IMG/VR virus record: IMGVR_UViG_3300046323_000234
Source: a virus
DNA: 64,000 nt
Strand: one strand, 5' to 3'
The notes under the pieces were generated by a model. It ran no database searches and had not been told where the DNA came from. It saw only the letters and a list, made by a program, of their open reading frames with translations. A program made the position numbers and the translations under genes. This document shows positions 39,394 to 50,130 of this stretch, in pieces (position 1 is the first letter of the stretch; every line of letters begins with the position of its first letter).

Positions 39394-40081
39394 TTAATTT
39401 TAATGTTTTATTTAATAGTTTGTTTAATATTTTTCCATCTTTTAATTCTTCCAACTTTGAAATTTCAAAATTGGATTTGGAATTAACATTATATGGCATT
39501 TTCACCTTTATTGATTTTTTACCTTTTGGAATTATATCCAATGTCTCTGGATATGTGGTGATATAAATATCACAATTGTCCCAAATTTCTTTATTTGTTG
39601 ATACAAATTTATAGTTTCTAAGTTTTGTACTATTTTTACTTAAAAAGAATAATGTAAAAGGTATTGTTAAATTATTCTCTTTGGCTAAAATAACAAATTC
39701 AAAATCATCTCTATAATCCCTATATAATTCATTTAAATGAACAAATACATTGGTATATATCTTGCCAGTTGATGAGAATACTTCAAAAGTATAATCTTCA
39801 AATAAAAAGAATTTTAATGCCAAATCTTTTGTTATAAGTTCTTGAACTTCATCAAATTTAGCCTCATTTGATATCCAACCATTTTCATCATCCAATAAAT
39901 AAGTTACTTTTCTAATCTTATCTTCAAATTTATAATGATTTAATAGATTGGTCGTATTGATTGGTTTAGTTATAATAGCATTATCTCCAAACTCTTTCAT
40001 ATATGAATTTTCAATAGCATATAAATAAGCTCTTAAAACTTCATTAATGTCAATACCAATTATTTTTTTTCTTTTTGCCAT
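39386..40081 (-). CDS. HAD-superfamily 5'(3')-deoxyribonucleotidase-like protein, degenerate
   Basis: IIGIDINEVLR (DxN for DxD), TLFFLSK, MPYN. Confidence 0.6.
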   Translation of the reverse strand: MAKRKKIIGIDINEVLRAYLYAIENSYMKEFGDNAIITKPINTTNLLNHYKFEDKIRKVTYLLDDENGWISNEAKFDEVQELITKDLALKFFLFEDYTFEVFSSTGKIYTNVFVHLNELYRDYRDDFEFVILAKENNLTIPFTLFFLSKNSTKLRNYKFVSTNKEIWDNCDIYITTYPETLDIIPKGKKSIKVKMPYNVNSKSNFEISKLEELKDGKILNKLLNKTLKLNG

Positions 40082-40083
40082 AA

Positions 40084-40911
40084 TTAAAAACTATTTTCGA
40101 TTGGTTGTAAGCCGTAAATACATTCACCCTGTGCCACATAAGATCTACCCGATCCAAACATAATCCTAGCATCCAATCCATTATATTTTATTTCTTCTGA
40201 TTGTCCATTGAATAATATTAAATCACCAATCAAATCTCCGTTTGTCACGATATCCCCAAGTTTTTTATTGCTTGGAATAAATATTCCTTCACTACTGCTA
40301 TTAAATTCAATATAGTGTGAGTATATTGGATTTAAAGATTCAATTGTTAATGTGCTAACATTTGATATTAATTTTAATATAATTCTTGCACCATTTTTTG
40401 CAGAGTTTATATCAACAATATCAAGTTTATTTAATTCAATGGTAAATCCAATCTTATCATTGTCCAAGCAATATTTTTTTATTGTATCATTACTACTATT
40501 TCTAATAACATAATAAATATCACTACTTCTACAAAAATTAACATATGAATTACAAAATTTATCTCTATTGATTAATACAAAATCAGTACACAATGGTGAT
40601 GAATGTATATCTATAACAACATCTGAATTATCGATATTTTCTTTTAATGTTTCAAAAATGTCAACATTATCGGATTTAAACATTCTATTCAAATCATTTT
40701 GGATTGGCATCTCTCTGGTATTATCTCTAATACCTTGTTCATTTACAAAGTTTATAACAGTTAATTCACTATAATTTGGTGAATCTTGTGTTAAATATCT
40801 TTCCAATATAGATGCTGACATCACTGGTGTTAATTCATTTCCATGAACACCAGCAATTACTAATATTCTTTTAGTACCAGTTCCGTTGTATTTATTTAGT
40901 TGCATAATCAA
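40084..40911 (-). CDS. Succinylglutamate desuccinylase/aspartoacylase (M14) family protein
   Basis: AGVHGNE, DLNRMF, VIDIHS, FTIEL, biotinyl-like C-terminal barrel. Confidence 0.85.
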   Translation of the reverse strand: MIMQLNKYNGTGTKRILVIAGVHGNELTPVMSASILERYLTQDSPNYSELTVINFVNEQGIRDNTREMPIQNDLNRMFKSDNVDIFETLKENIDNSDVVIDIHSSPLCTDFVLINRDKFCNSYVNFCRSSDIYYVIRNSSNDTIKKYCLDNDKIGFTIELNKLDIVDINSAKNGARIILKLISNVSTLTIESLNPIYSHYIEFNSSSEGIFIPSNKKLGDIVTNGDLIGDLILFNGQSEEIKYNGLDARIMFGSGRSYVAQGECIYGLQPIENSF

Positions 40912-41665
40912 TCACTTCGTCAATTAATTCAAGTTCTTTTGCTTCATCAGCACTTAAATAATAATCACCTTCTTTCAACTTATTTTCCCACCATACTTTA
41001 GATTTATTTGATTTTGAAACCAATAAATCTAAAACACAATTGTTTAATTTCTTCAAATGTTCATAATTGATGGCCATATCTTTAAATGCTCCAAAAAATC
41101 CTCCATTGGTTTGGTGAATCATCATCCATGAGTTCTTGGACATTTTTCTATAATCACATGCAATCAAAATAAACGCACCACCAGACATTATCTGTCCACG
41201 ACCTGTACCATGTATTGGATATGGTTTTTCATTCAACAGATCAACAATTCCAAGTGTTGTATAAGCATCACCACCATAAGATGTTACAACAATATTTAAT
41301 GGTGATATTTTATCTTCTTCATATTCTGGAGATAACTTTTCAATTATTCTTATTTTTGTATCCATTTCTGATAGCGATAAATCATCAATATCAGATGATA
41401 AGTGAATCGTTTTATCACCAACATCAATTCTATGTTCCAATAATTCTTTTAATGCTACACTATATTGATTCCAAAATTCATTAGATTCCATTTCAGATGG
41501 CATCATTTCATCACCTTTTTGATCTTCTGGTGTATATGACATTTGTATTTCAATTGATGTACCTAGATGTTTCTCTAAATCATCTTTTAATTTATTATAT
41601 TTTTTGAAAAATGATTTATCATTCTTCATTTTATCTTGCAATTCCAAATATTTTACCTTATCCAT
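40892..41665 (-). CDS. clpP: ClpP-family protease with N-terminal extension
   Basis: TSYGGD, catalytic Ser IMSGGAFIL, MIHQ, DYYLSADEAKELELIDEV. Confidence 0.88.
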   Translation of the reverse strand: MDKVKYLELQDKMKNDKSFFKKYNKLKDDLEKHLGTSIEIQMSYTPEDQKGDEMMPSEMESNEFWNQYSVALKELLEHRIDVGDKTIHLSSDIDDLSLSEMDTKIRIIEKLSPEYEEDKISPLNIVVTSYGGDAYTTLGIVDLLNEKPYPIHGTGRGQIMSGGAFILIACDYRKMSKNSWMMIHQTNGGFFGAFKDMAINYEHLKKLNNCVLDLLVSKSNKSKVWWENKLKEGDYYLSADEAKELELIDEVIDYATK

Positions 41666-42441
41666 TATTTTGGTTCTTTTAATGTTTTAGTATAATTTTG
41701 GAAAATAGTTTCAATATCATCAATAATTGGATTTCTAACGTTAACACCATCATCCATTTTTAATGTTCCAAATTTTGGATTATTTGAAAATAGTTTCATA
41801 GCCACTTGAAGTGAACTATCACCCTTTTGTTTTAAATCAATCTGATTTTCATCACCTAAACAAACAATCTTAGAATCTTCACCAATTCTGGTAAGTAATG
41901 TTCTTAAATTGTCAAGTGTAACATTTTGTGTTTCGTCCAATATAATAATACAGTTATCCAATGTTGCTCCACGAATATATGCAAGAGGCTGCATTTTGAT
42001 TATATTGGATTCGATTAGATCGGTTGTTCTATTTTCACCAATCAATTTATCGAGTGTTATAAAAAAACTCATCATATGTGGATATAACTTTTCTTTCATA
42101 TCCCCAGGTAAAAAACCCATCTCTTCATTTTTCAACATGATAATGGATTTAACTAAATAAATTTTTGTATACTTATTTCCAGATGATATAAGTAAGTCTA
42201 ATGCTTCAGCCAGTGCAACAAATGTTTTACCACATCCAGGTTTCCCAGAAACAAAACTAATCTCATTGGATTTGATTAATCTTATTAAATCAATTTGAGA
42301 ATCATTCTTCGCTTTTAATTTTAACTCCCTACCAAGAATTTTCTTGATTCTATCTTTATCATTTGCAATTGTTGCATCCTTTGATATTTCAAAATACTCT
42401 TCTTTTTTTTGTTTACTAGTCCTAAGTTGTTTAACAGCCAT
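41665..42441 (-). CDS. phoH: PhoH-family ATPase
   Basis: GKPGCGKT, GFLPGDMKEK, LAYIRGAT, ILDETQN, LLTRIG, GDENQID, VRNPII. Confidence 0.95.
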   Translation of the reverse strand: MAVKQLRTSKQKKEEYFEISKDATIANDKDRIKKILGRELKLKAKNDSQIDLIRLIKSNEISFVSGKPGCGKTFVALAEALDLLISSGNKYTKIYLVKSIIMLKNEEMGFLPGDMKEKLYPHMMSFFITLDKLIGENRTTDLIESNIIKMQPLAYIRGATLDNCIIILDETQNVTLDNLRTLLTRIGEDSKIVCLGDENQIDLKQKGDSSLQVAMKLFSNNPKFGTLKMDDGVNVRNPIIDDIETIFQNYTKTLKEPK

Positions 42442-42480
42442 TTATATATTTTAAAGAAATTTTATAATTTTAAAAGTAAC

Positions 42481-42506
42481 ACCCTCTACTATATATTACG
42501 AAATTT
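42481..42506 (-). promoter_or_regulatory. 26-nt element upstream of phoH, repeated at 55638-55663
   Basis: Minus-strand AAATTTCGTAATATATAGTAGAGGGT versus plus-strand AAATTTCGTAATATATAGTATAGGGT (25/26). Confidence 0.55.
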
Positions 42507-42631
42507 AAGGGGGTTAAGTATAAAAAATATTCATTTATTTTTAATTTAATTTAAAATGTTCTATTTAAATTAAATAAATGGCATATCATAATATGTTTTA
42601 ATCACTATTTATGTATAATAATAGTTGAATT

Positions 42632-43210
42632 ATGTACAAATTATATTCTGACAAATCCAAAAAATTTACTTGCAATATTGATATAACTGGTGCTTCATTA
42701 AAAGAGTGTGAGGCTAGATTAGTGTTAGAAACTAATAGTGTTAATCTATTATATTATGGTAAAATTGATAGCAATGGTTTATGTGAAGTGGAGATTGATA
42801 AATTGAAGGATTTATTACCAGAAAACACCAAGGGTAAATTAAAATTAGAGGTAATTGCTGATAAACAATTTTTTACTGCGTGGGAAAGTAAATTTGTTGT
42901 TGAACAGCAAAAAACTGTTAAAATTACCGAAATGGTTGATAATGATAGTTTTGTTAACACTACCAAAAAGGTTAGTGTTATAGTTGAAGATGATGATTTA
43001 TCTGATGATTTAATATTTGAAAATACTGATAAAGTAAATAAGCAAATTGAAATTTTAGAAAGACAAATAATTACAAAAAATATAAAGGACGGTAAGAAAT
43101 TTAATCAAATATTCGAATATTATAGTGATATAATTAAGGAGAAAAAATTATTATCTGAGACTGAAATGAAAAAAATAAAAAATATTTTAATAGCAAAACA
43201 CAATTTTTAA
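42632..43210 (+). CDS. Hypothetical late protein
   Basis: ACTATTTAT at 42604-42612; GKLKLEVIADKQFFTAW. Confidence 0.6.
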   Translation: MYKLYSDKSKKFTCNIDITGASLKECEARLVLETNSVNLLYYGKIDSNGLCEVEIDKLKDLLPENTKGKLKLEVIADKQFFTAWESKFVVEQQKTVKITEMVDNDSFVNTTKKVSVIVEDDDLSDDLIFENTDKVNKQIEILERQIITKNIKDGKKFNQIFEYYSDIIKEKKLLSETEMKKIKNILIAKHNF

Positions 43211-43214
43211 ATAA

Positions 43215-44861
43215 ATGGCAAAAATTACAGATCCCGATTTATTAAATGATAATAGCGTTGATAATAATACAACGGAAGTTTTTATTGATACTACAGCCAA
43301 AACGGTTAAATTAACAGAAATTGGAAACTTATCATCAGATGGTTTAACCATTAAATCATTATATTCATTTTTAAAAGAAGAATGGAGAGTTGACCCCCAA
43401 ACTAAAAATTTGGCTGCGTTTGATTTTCCAATGAATCCAATTACTGATGAATTTTTTGAATTCGTTGGTGGATGGTCACTACTTAATAGTGCAGCCATTC
43501 AATTAGTTAGAGATGGTGGATTCCTTGTTAGAAATACATCGGGAAATTTAACATCACACTTTACTGGTATTAAAACTATCGGTACAGTTGAAACAAATGA
43601 CCAAGTTTATTTTAATCAAGGAAATGGTGCTGATGATTTTGTTTATTTAGGCCCTGTTAATGAAGTTGTACAAATTATATCAGATCCAAATGGTGATGGT
43701 GCTTATGGTGATGGTTATGATAGATCAACAACATTCCAAATATTCTTGCGTGAACAAGGTCAAGTATATTCACAATCATCAATTGATGCAATTGGTGCAA
43801 CTGATTTATTAGCACCAAAGGTATTTGCATTTGCGTTAAATACATCAACCGATCTAAAAATTGATGAAACTGATGCAACAATAACTGGTTCAACACCATA
43901 TAATCAAATTAATATTAAATATTTTGACCAAGCATATACTCGTGATGTTGATTCATCAACCGATAGAAATTTTGGAATTGTTATTGACGTTGGAACACAC
44001 TCTGGTGTTGATGGTTCAGCATCAATAAATGGTAGAACATTAACAACAGCAGAAGCTGGAATTACTGGTTTATTATATACTGGTGGTACATTAACAATAC
44101 ATGAAGGTGCAAACGCTGGTATATATACCATAAGTGGTACACCAACATCAAATATTATCACTATTACAACTGCATTTATAAGTGCAAATACAAATCAATC
44201 ATTTACTCTACAAAGAGCAACTGGTGTTATTGCAACTGCTGAACAAATATATGAAAAAGTTCAATATCAATTAAGATTAAATGCCGATATTGATGCAACT
44301 GACCAATCCGTTATTGGTAAAACTGCTGACGAATTACTTAATTTCGTTGGTGATACATTGGTTTGTGGTTCAAGTATTCCAACCAATCCAAATGGTGGTG
44401 GTTCTGGTGTTATAATTGAAGGTTTCCAATCTTCTGATACAAACAGAATTCAATTTTATGATAATAGTGGTATTACTCGTACATATCCATTTGTTGCCGT
44501 TTTAACATTGAATTTTGGATCAAACTTAGTTTCCGATGCGAGTGCAAAATATTGGGTTTATTTTACCACATTACCTGGTGCTGGTAATGATTTTAACGAA
44601 GCTGGTGCATTATTAGTTGATGATAACGCTGGTGCAGATATTACTGGTAATATTTCAGGTCAAGCAACAATTGAACATACATTTAACTATGATGGTAACG
44701 TTCAAGGTGGTAGAACACCAGCTACTGATGCAGCAATTACAGTTGTGGGTATTGGATTAAGTACTGGCCAATATGTAAAAGCAACTGGTACAATTGGTAG
44801 AAGTACAACAAATAGTATATCATTGGTTGCAGCTTTGGAAAGAAATTATCAAAACGTATAA
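43215..44861 (+). CDS. Virion structural protein (tail/fibre-associated)
   Basis: 548 aa, G/T/D-rich beta composition, LYSFLKEEW, ends ERNYQNV. Confidence 0.7.
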   Translation: MAKITDPDLLNDNSVDNNTTEVFIDTTAKTVKLTEIGNLSSDGLTIKSLYSFLKEEWRVDPQTKNLAAFDFPMNPITDEFFEFVGGWSLLNSAAIQLVRDGGFLVRNTSGNLTSHFTGIKTIGTVETNDQVYFNQGNGADDFVYLGPVNEVVQIISDPNGDGAYGDGYDRSTTFQIFLREQGQVYSQSSIDAIGATDLLAPKVFAFALNTSTDLKIDETDATITGSTPYNQINIKYFDQAYTRDVDSSTDRNFGIVIDVGTHSGVDGSASINGRTLTTAEAGITGLLYTGGTLTIHEGANAGIYTISGTPTSNIITITTAFISANTNQSFTLQRATGVIATAEQIYEKVQYQLRLNADIDATDQSVIGKTADELLNFVGDTLVCGSSIPTNPNGGGSGVIIEGFQSSDTNRIQFYDNSGITRTYPFVAVLTLNFGSNLVSDASAKYWVYFTTLPGAGNDFNEAGALLVDDNAGADITGNISGQATIEHTFNYDGNVQGGRTPATDAAITVVGIGLSTGQYVKATGTIGRSTTNSISLVAALERNYQNV

Positions 44862-44871
44862 AAAATAATTA

Positions 44872-47800
44872 ATGTCAACATTTACAATTACTAGTCCAGT
44901 TAATATTGATAGTATTACCAAATTAGGTACAAAAACAGCAGCATGGACTAGATCAACTACAACAGCAACAGTAACATTGGTTAATCATGGTATGATAACC
45001 AGTGATGTTATATTTGTAACTGCAACATCAGATGTAACTGCTATAACACTAAGTGCTAAAACAGTTACACTATTAAACGTAACTGGATTCACATTTACAT
45101 GTTTAAATGCTGGTGCAGTATCTGGTACAATTACATTTACTGCAACCGATAATTATAATATAAATGGTGGTACATTAACAATTGATCAAGATAGTAGATA
45201 TGGATTAAATCAAGATGTTGGTTCAACATATAATAATATAACACTATCTGCAACATTGGGTGGTAGTGTTGAAATTGATGCGAGAAATGTTAGATTAATA
45301 CCTTATAACGCTGGAAGTGGTACATTACCAGCATTAAATACTATTATATCTGGTGGAACAAATAATTTAGCAACTGGTAAATTGATTGGTGTATGGAGTA
45401 ATATTGCATCAGGTGCTACAGTAAGTGGTGCAACAATACCAGCAAGTGGATTAATAAAAATTAAAGAATGGAATGGTGTACCTTTTACGATTGGTGCATT
45501 ATCCAATATTACAGCTAGTGCCATAAGTGGTGATACTGCTGGTTGGATTGAAATTGTCGGTAATGAATTTGGTGTTGCAACAGTAAACCGTTTAAATACG
45601 TTTAGAATGCGTGGTGAATGGTTTAGTGTCGGTACAACAAATGGAACTAGAGCAACAATATATCAATTACCAACAAGTGGTAGTTTAATGTATTTACCAG
45701 GTGTTTGGGTTGAAACAGATGTTGCATCAGGTAGTTATGAATTTTATCCATGTGCTGGTACATTAACAGCACTTGTCGCAAATATTGCGACAGATAGACT
45801 TCGTGGTAAATTTTGTTGGATAACTGCCAATGGTGGCCATTTAAGATTTGGACACGATGGTACGAACAGTACTGGTGGTTATATACCACCAACAGGTTTA
45901 AGAATTAGAATACCAAATATTATAACACAAAATTGTGTTATTGGATTTAAAAATATAAATGTATTACCTAGTGTTACATTAGCGACTAGATATGATTTTT
46001 TAACTACTGGTGGTGGTGTAATTGAAATAGATAAAGCTGCATTAAACTGGTATCCATCATTTGCACAGCCATATTCTGTTAATATTTCAAATACTAGTAT
46101 TGCAACACAATTATTAGTATCAGAAATTGCAGCACCATTAACTTGGAATAATATTGGTGTTGGACAAGAAGCTGCAAACGCACAATTTGGACTATCAATG
46201 GCAACATGTTTTGCTGGTGGAACAATTTCTAATAGTAGATTTACATCAGCAACATTAGCTGGATCTGGTAGATATATTGGTACATTTTCTGATTTGGATG
46301 GTTTTACATTTAATAATACAGAATTTTTAGGAATGGTCGCTAGAGGTAATGCTACAACTGGTGCTATGACATTAACAAGGGTTAATAATACAGTTTTTAA
46401 TAATACAGTATTGGGTGATGGTCGTGCTTTTATGACAACATGTACAAATGTTGATTTTAATAATACAATTTATTATGATCATCCAGCAACAACAACTGCA
46501 ACAGCCAATCCAATGTACATATTTGATTTAGCGAGTAGTTGTGTTGATATTAAAATGGATGGTATTTCATTTAGTGGATTAACATTAACACAACCATATA
46601 GTGGTATATTAAACATAGGTGCTGCTGGTTGTACAAATATTAAATTAAGAAATTTAGGAACATATAGTCAACCTTTGGATTTAGGTGCGCCAAGAATTGA
46701 TAATGTTGCGTGGTCAAGAGTTACAACTGTTGGAACAATATCAGCAACATCACACAATTTAAAAGTTAACGATATTATATATGTAACCAACACCACTGAC
46801 GTATCAGCGATTGCAGTTGGTGCTAAAACTATTGCATCTGCACCAACAAATAATATATTTACATTTGCAGTGACAAATGGTGGTGCAATTAATGGTAGTT
46901 TATCATATTATCCAACAATGTCAGCATTATTGTTTGCATTAGCTGCTGGTGCAGCAGCTAATACTGTTGAACTTAAAAGATGTTATACACCACATACAAG
47001 AACAAACATATATACAGCAGATAACTCTAGTAAAAATATCGAACTTAAAAATGTCTTTGGTGATTATAATATTAACGTACCATTAACACCACAATTAAAT
47101 GGATCACAAAATGGTATTGGTGGTAGATATTCATTAGCTGCACAAACATCTGTTTATGGTACACACTGGCTTGATTATTATATTGCGCCACCAACACTAT
47201 CAGCAACAACTGTTACTTGGTCAAGAGTTACAACAACCGCAACTATTACATCACCCAAACATGGTTTGGTTACTGGTGATTTAATAAATGTAATAACATC
47301 ATCATCTGAATCTACAATTATATTAGGTAATAAAACATTAACAGTATTAAGTGGTGAAACATTTACATTTACTTGTTTAAATGCTGGTGCTACTAGTGGT
47401 ACATTATCATTTATACCACATAATGGTAGAATTGGTCTTGTTATGAATGAATCAACAACTGAAACAGTTGATCAATATACAATTGATAATGGTACACCAG
47501 CATTTACATCGGCTGGTTCGTTATTTATGCCCACCGTTAGTCAACAAATTACATTTACATCACCAGAATATATACTTGGACATAAATCATTTCCGATTGC
47601 TGAACCATTTATTATTGGTGGTTTATTAAATAATCATCATGTATTATATGCATTAGATAGAAATGATGGTAATGGTTTTAGCTCTTTTTATAATTTATAT
47701 TATAATGTAAGTGCTAATACTGGATCAAATGGTTCAACAAACGTAATAGTTCGGTCAACATCAGGTATTACAGTTGGTGATTATGTATTTGGATCAAACA

Positions 47801-48309
47801 TTGCACCAAATGCATATGTTACTGGAATTACAAATACAACAACATTTGTTGTTAATAAACCAAATATTGGTGTGGTATCTGGATTATTAAGATTTAATCG
47901 TTTACCATTCGAATCCAATATTGGTGCGTCTGGTGCTAAAATGAAAATTAGAATTACCACAATATCTGGAAATACTAATGCAATATCCGCATTATATATT
48001 CCAACATATAGTGATAATACATCTAGAGCATATCAATATCAATTAGATCCACAATTAACAATAACACTTACTGGATTGGTTAATCCAACAGAGGTTAGGG
48101 TATTTAGTGCATCAACAACAACTGAATTAGCTGGTCAAGAAACAATTACTAGTGGTGAATTTAGTTTTGAAGTCGCTAGTGGTAGCTTAATTGATATTAG
48201 TATATTATCATTAGCTTATCAAAATCTAAGATTAAAAAATTACAATGCAACAAGTGATGCCACAATACCAATCCAACAAATAGTTGACAGACAGTATTTA
48301 AATCCATAA
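44872..48309 (+). CDS. Large tail fibre/spike-like protein with three internal ~65-aa beta-barrel repeats
   Basis: 1145 aa, T/G/S-rich; repeats W[TS]RxTTxxTxxxxxHxxxxxDxIxV...FTF. Confidence 0.75.
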   Translation: MSTFTITSPVNIDSITKLGTKTAAWTRSTTTATVTLVNHGMITSDVIFVTATSDVTAITLSAKTVTLLNVTGFTFTCLNAGAVSGTITFTATDNYNINGGTLTIDQDSRYGLNQDVGSTYNNITLSATLGGSVEIDARNVRLIPYNAGSGTLPALNTIISGGTNNLATGKLIGVWSNIASGATVSGATIPASGLIKIKEWNGVPFTIGALSNITASAISGDTAGWIEIVGNEFGVATVNRLNTFRMRGEWFSVGTTNGTRATIYQLPTSGSLMYLPGVWVETDVASGSYEFYPCAGTLTALVANIATDRLRGKFCWITANGGHLRFGHDGTNSTGGYIPPTGLRIRIPNIITQNCVIGFKNINVLPSVTLATRYDFLTTGGGVIEIDKAALNWYPSFAQPYSVNISNTSIATQLLVSEIAAPLTWNNIGVGQEAANAQFGLSMATCFAGGTISNSRFTSATLAGSGRYIGTFSDLDGFTFNNTEFLGMVARGNATTGAMTLTRVNNTVFNNTVLGDGRAFMTTCTNVDFNNTIYYDHPATTTATANPMYIFDLASSCVDIKMDGISFSGLTLTQPYSGILNIGAAGCTNIKLRNLGTYSQPLDLGAPRIDNVAWSRVTTVGTISATSHNLKVNDIIYVTNTTDVSAIAVGAKTIASAPTNNIFTFAVTNGGAINGSLSYYPTMSALLFALAAGAAANTVELKRCYTPHTRTNIYTADNSSKNIELKNVFGDYNINVPLTPQLNGSQNGIGGRYSLAAQTSVYGTHWLDYYIAPPTLSATTVTWSRVTTTATITSPKHGLVTGDLINVITSSSESTIILGNKTLTVLSGETFTFTCLNAGATSGTLSFIPHNGRIGLVMNESTTETVDQYTIDNGTPAFTSAGSLFMPTVSQQITFTSPEYILGHKSFPIAEPFIIGGLLNNHHVLYALDRNDGNGFSSFYNLYYNVSANTGSNGSTNVIVRSTSGITVGDYVFGSNIAPNAYVTGITNTTTFVVNKPNIGVVSGLLRFNRLPFESNIGASGAKMKIRITTISGNTNAISALYIPTYSDNTSRAYQYQLDPQLTITLTGLVNPTEVRVFSASTTTELAGQETITSGEFSFEVASGSLIDISILSLAYQNLRLKNYNATSDATIPIQQIVDRQYLNP

Positions 48310-48332
48310 CTTTGTTGATTAAACATATATAA

Positions 48333-49550
48333 ATGGCAGCAGTAGTTTCATTCGATGGAGTTAATAAAACAATTACAGTAACAGATACTGGTGATATTAA
48401 TATAACCGTTGATGAAATTTACTCTAGATGGAAAGATTGGGTATTTGATTATCCACAATATGAAGCTGCTTTTAGATTTGTGGGTGGTGACCCGACTGTT
48501 GGATTAGATAGTTTAGGTGTTACCTATTTCATTATTAATGGATGGAAGTTTAAACCATATGAAGGTAATCACGTCTTGGACATTGTTGGTAACTTATATC
48601 AAGAAGGTGGTGGTAATCCATATTTAACAACTACTGGTTATACTATTGTAATTAGACAAAACGTATCCAATATCGTTGAGATAAAAAGTGTTACAACTGA
48701 AAGTAATGAAAAAATTGAATACTTAGGTTCAATATTTTTAGATGAATCATCAATATATTCAAGTGCTATATATCCAAACGGAACAATTTCAAATCCAATA
48801 AATAATGTTGCTGGTGCGTTAACATTGGCCAATTATTATGGATTTAATACAATAAAAGTATTAACAAATATTGGTTTTTCTGGAATATCAAATACAACGA
48901 TAAGTAATATTAATTTTATTGGGCAAAATCCAAATATTCAATTAACACATTATAATAATATATTATTTAATAATGTATTATTTGATAACTTTATTATTGA
49001 TTCAGATTTTATTAATAGTGAAATAATTATTAAAAATTCGACAATTATTAATTCATTAAATATGAATGGCACTATTAATAGTTCACAATTAAAGGGTGTT
49101 ATTAAAATAGATGATAATTTAGTAATTGCAGATTCATATTCGACTAGATTAAACTCTGTTGTATTATCTCCAATCATTAATATGAATTTATCAAATACAA
49201 CAAGCCTTCAAATCAAAAATCATTCAGGTGATTTAAATATTATTAATTGTGATACTGTTAATTCATTTGCAAATATTGAATTAATTAGTGGAAATATTAG
49301 ATTGGATTCAACTTGTACTGATGGAACAATTATATTAAGAGGTTTAGGGACATTAGAAGATAATAGCGGTGTTAATATCGTAATGAATAGACGTGGTTTC
49401 TTGATTCCAGAAAAGGTTGAAGATATACACCAAATACATGGATTGGATGCTGCAAATCCAATGGTTGTTTCTAGAACAAGTAGAACTGCTGGTAATATAA
49501 CACAAACATTAGGTAATGTTGCTGATGTCGTAACAGTAACTAGAGTTTAA
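48333..49550 (+). CDS. Virion structural protein with beta-helix-like region
   Basis: EIYSRWKDW, FVGGDP, GTISNPINN, N/I-rich repeats. Confidence 0.65.
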   Translation: MAAVVSFDGVNKTITVTDTGDINITVDEIYSRWKDWVFDYPQYEAAFRFVGGDPTVGLDSLGVTYFIINGWKFKPYEGNHVLDIVGNLYQEGGGNPYLTTTGYTIVIRQNVSNIVEIKSVTTESNEKIEYLGSIFLDESSIYSSAIYPNGTISNPINNVAGALTLANYYGFNTIKVLTNIGFSGISNTTISNINFIGQNPNIQLTHYNNILFNNVLFDNFIIDSDFINSEIIIKNSTIINSLNMNGTINSSQLKGVIKIDDNLVIADSYSTRLNSVVLSPIINMNLSNTTSLQIKNHSGDLNIINCDTVNSFANIELISGNIRLDSTCTDGTIILRGLGTLEDNSGVNIVMNRRGFLIPEKVEDIHQIHGLDAANPMVVSRTSRTAGNITQTLGNVADVVTVTRV

Positions 49551-49553
49551 AAA

Positions 49554-49949
49554 ATGAACAATGTTGATCCATACTCAATTGCTACAAATGGCCTATTAAC
49601 ATCAAATACAAATAATTATTTTGTTACTGATGGTTTAGGTTATTATACTATTCAAATTTCGGAAGAAATTATTGAAATTGATGTACCTACAGTAAGAAAT
49701 GGTAATTGGGTTGGTAGATTACCTAAGAGGGGTAGAAAGCAATCTGAAAAAATCTTAGTTAAAGAAATTACTGTTACAATTAATTTAGATTCACATAAAG
49801 AATATTTTAAATCTAAAATTCAATTAACTGATGTTAATCTCACAGTAACCAATGCAATAATTAATGGTGATGAAATTACATTAACTATTCATAATCCAAC
49901 CTTAAATATTGATGAAACTAGAATAGTAAAACTGAATGTTGTTTTATAA
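49554..49949 (+). CDS. Hypothetical late protein
   Basis: Last ORF of the structural operon. Confidence 0.55.
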   Translation: MNNVDPYSIATNGLLTSNTNNYFVTDGLGYYTIQISEEIIEIDVPTVRNGNWVGRLPKRGRKQSEKILVKEITVTINLDSHKEYFKSKIQLTDVNLTVTNAIINGDEITLTIHNPTLNIDETRIVKLNVVL

Positions 49950-50126
49950 AAAAACTCTGTAACTACTATATTTATATAGTTCCTTTTCAAAAACATAAAT
50001 CTCAAATCCAATAATTGTATTTGTATTATTATTTTCAAATCTAACTAAATCGTAAATAGTATTTGGTTCGATATGATTTTTAATTATATCAAAAACATAA
50101 ATGGAACATTGGATTTGTTGTTGCAT
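49944..50126 (-). CDS. Divergent CxY-module small protein
   Basis: QCSIYVFDIIKNHIEPNTIYDL. Confidence 0.55.
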   Translation of the reverse strand: MQQQIQCSIYVFDIIKNHIEPNTIYDLVRFENNNTNTIIGFEIYVFEKELYKYSSYRVFL

Positions 50127-50130
50127 TATT

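Noticed and set aside
42544-42575. A/T-only inverted repeat in the phoH divergent region
   Set aside because: Low complexity; expected by chance at this base composition
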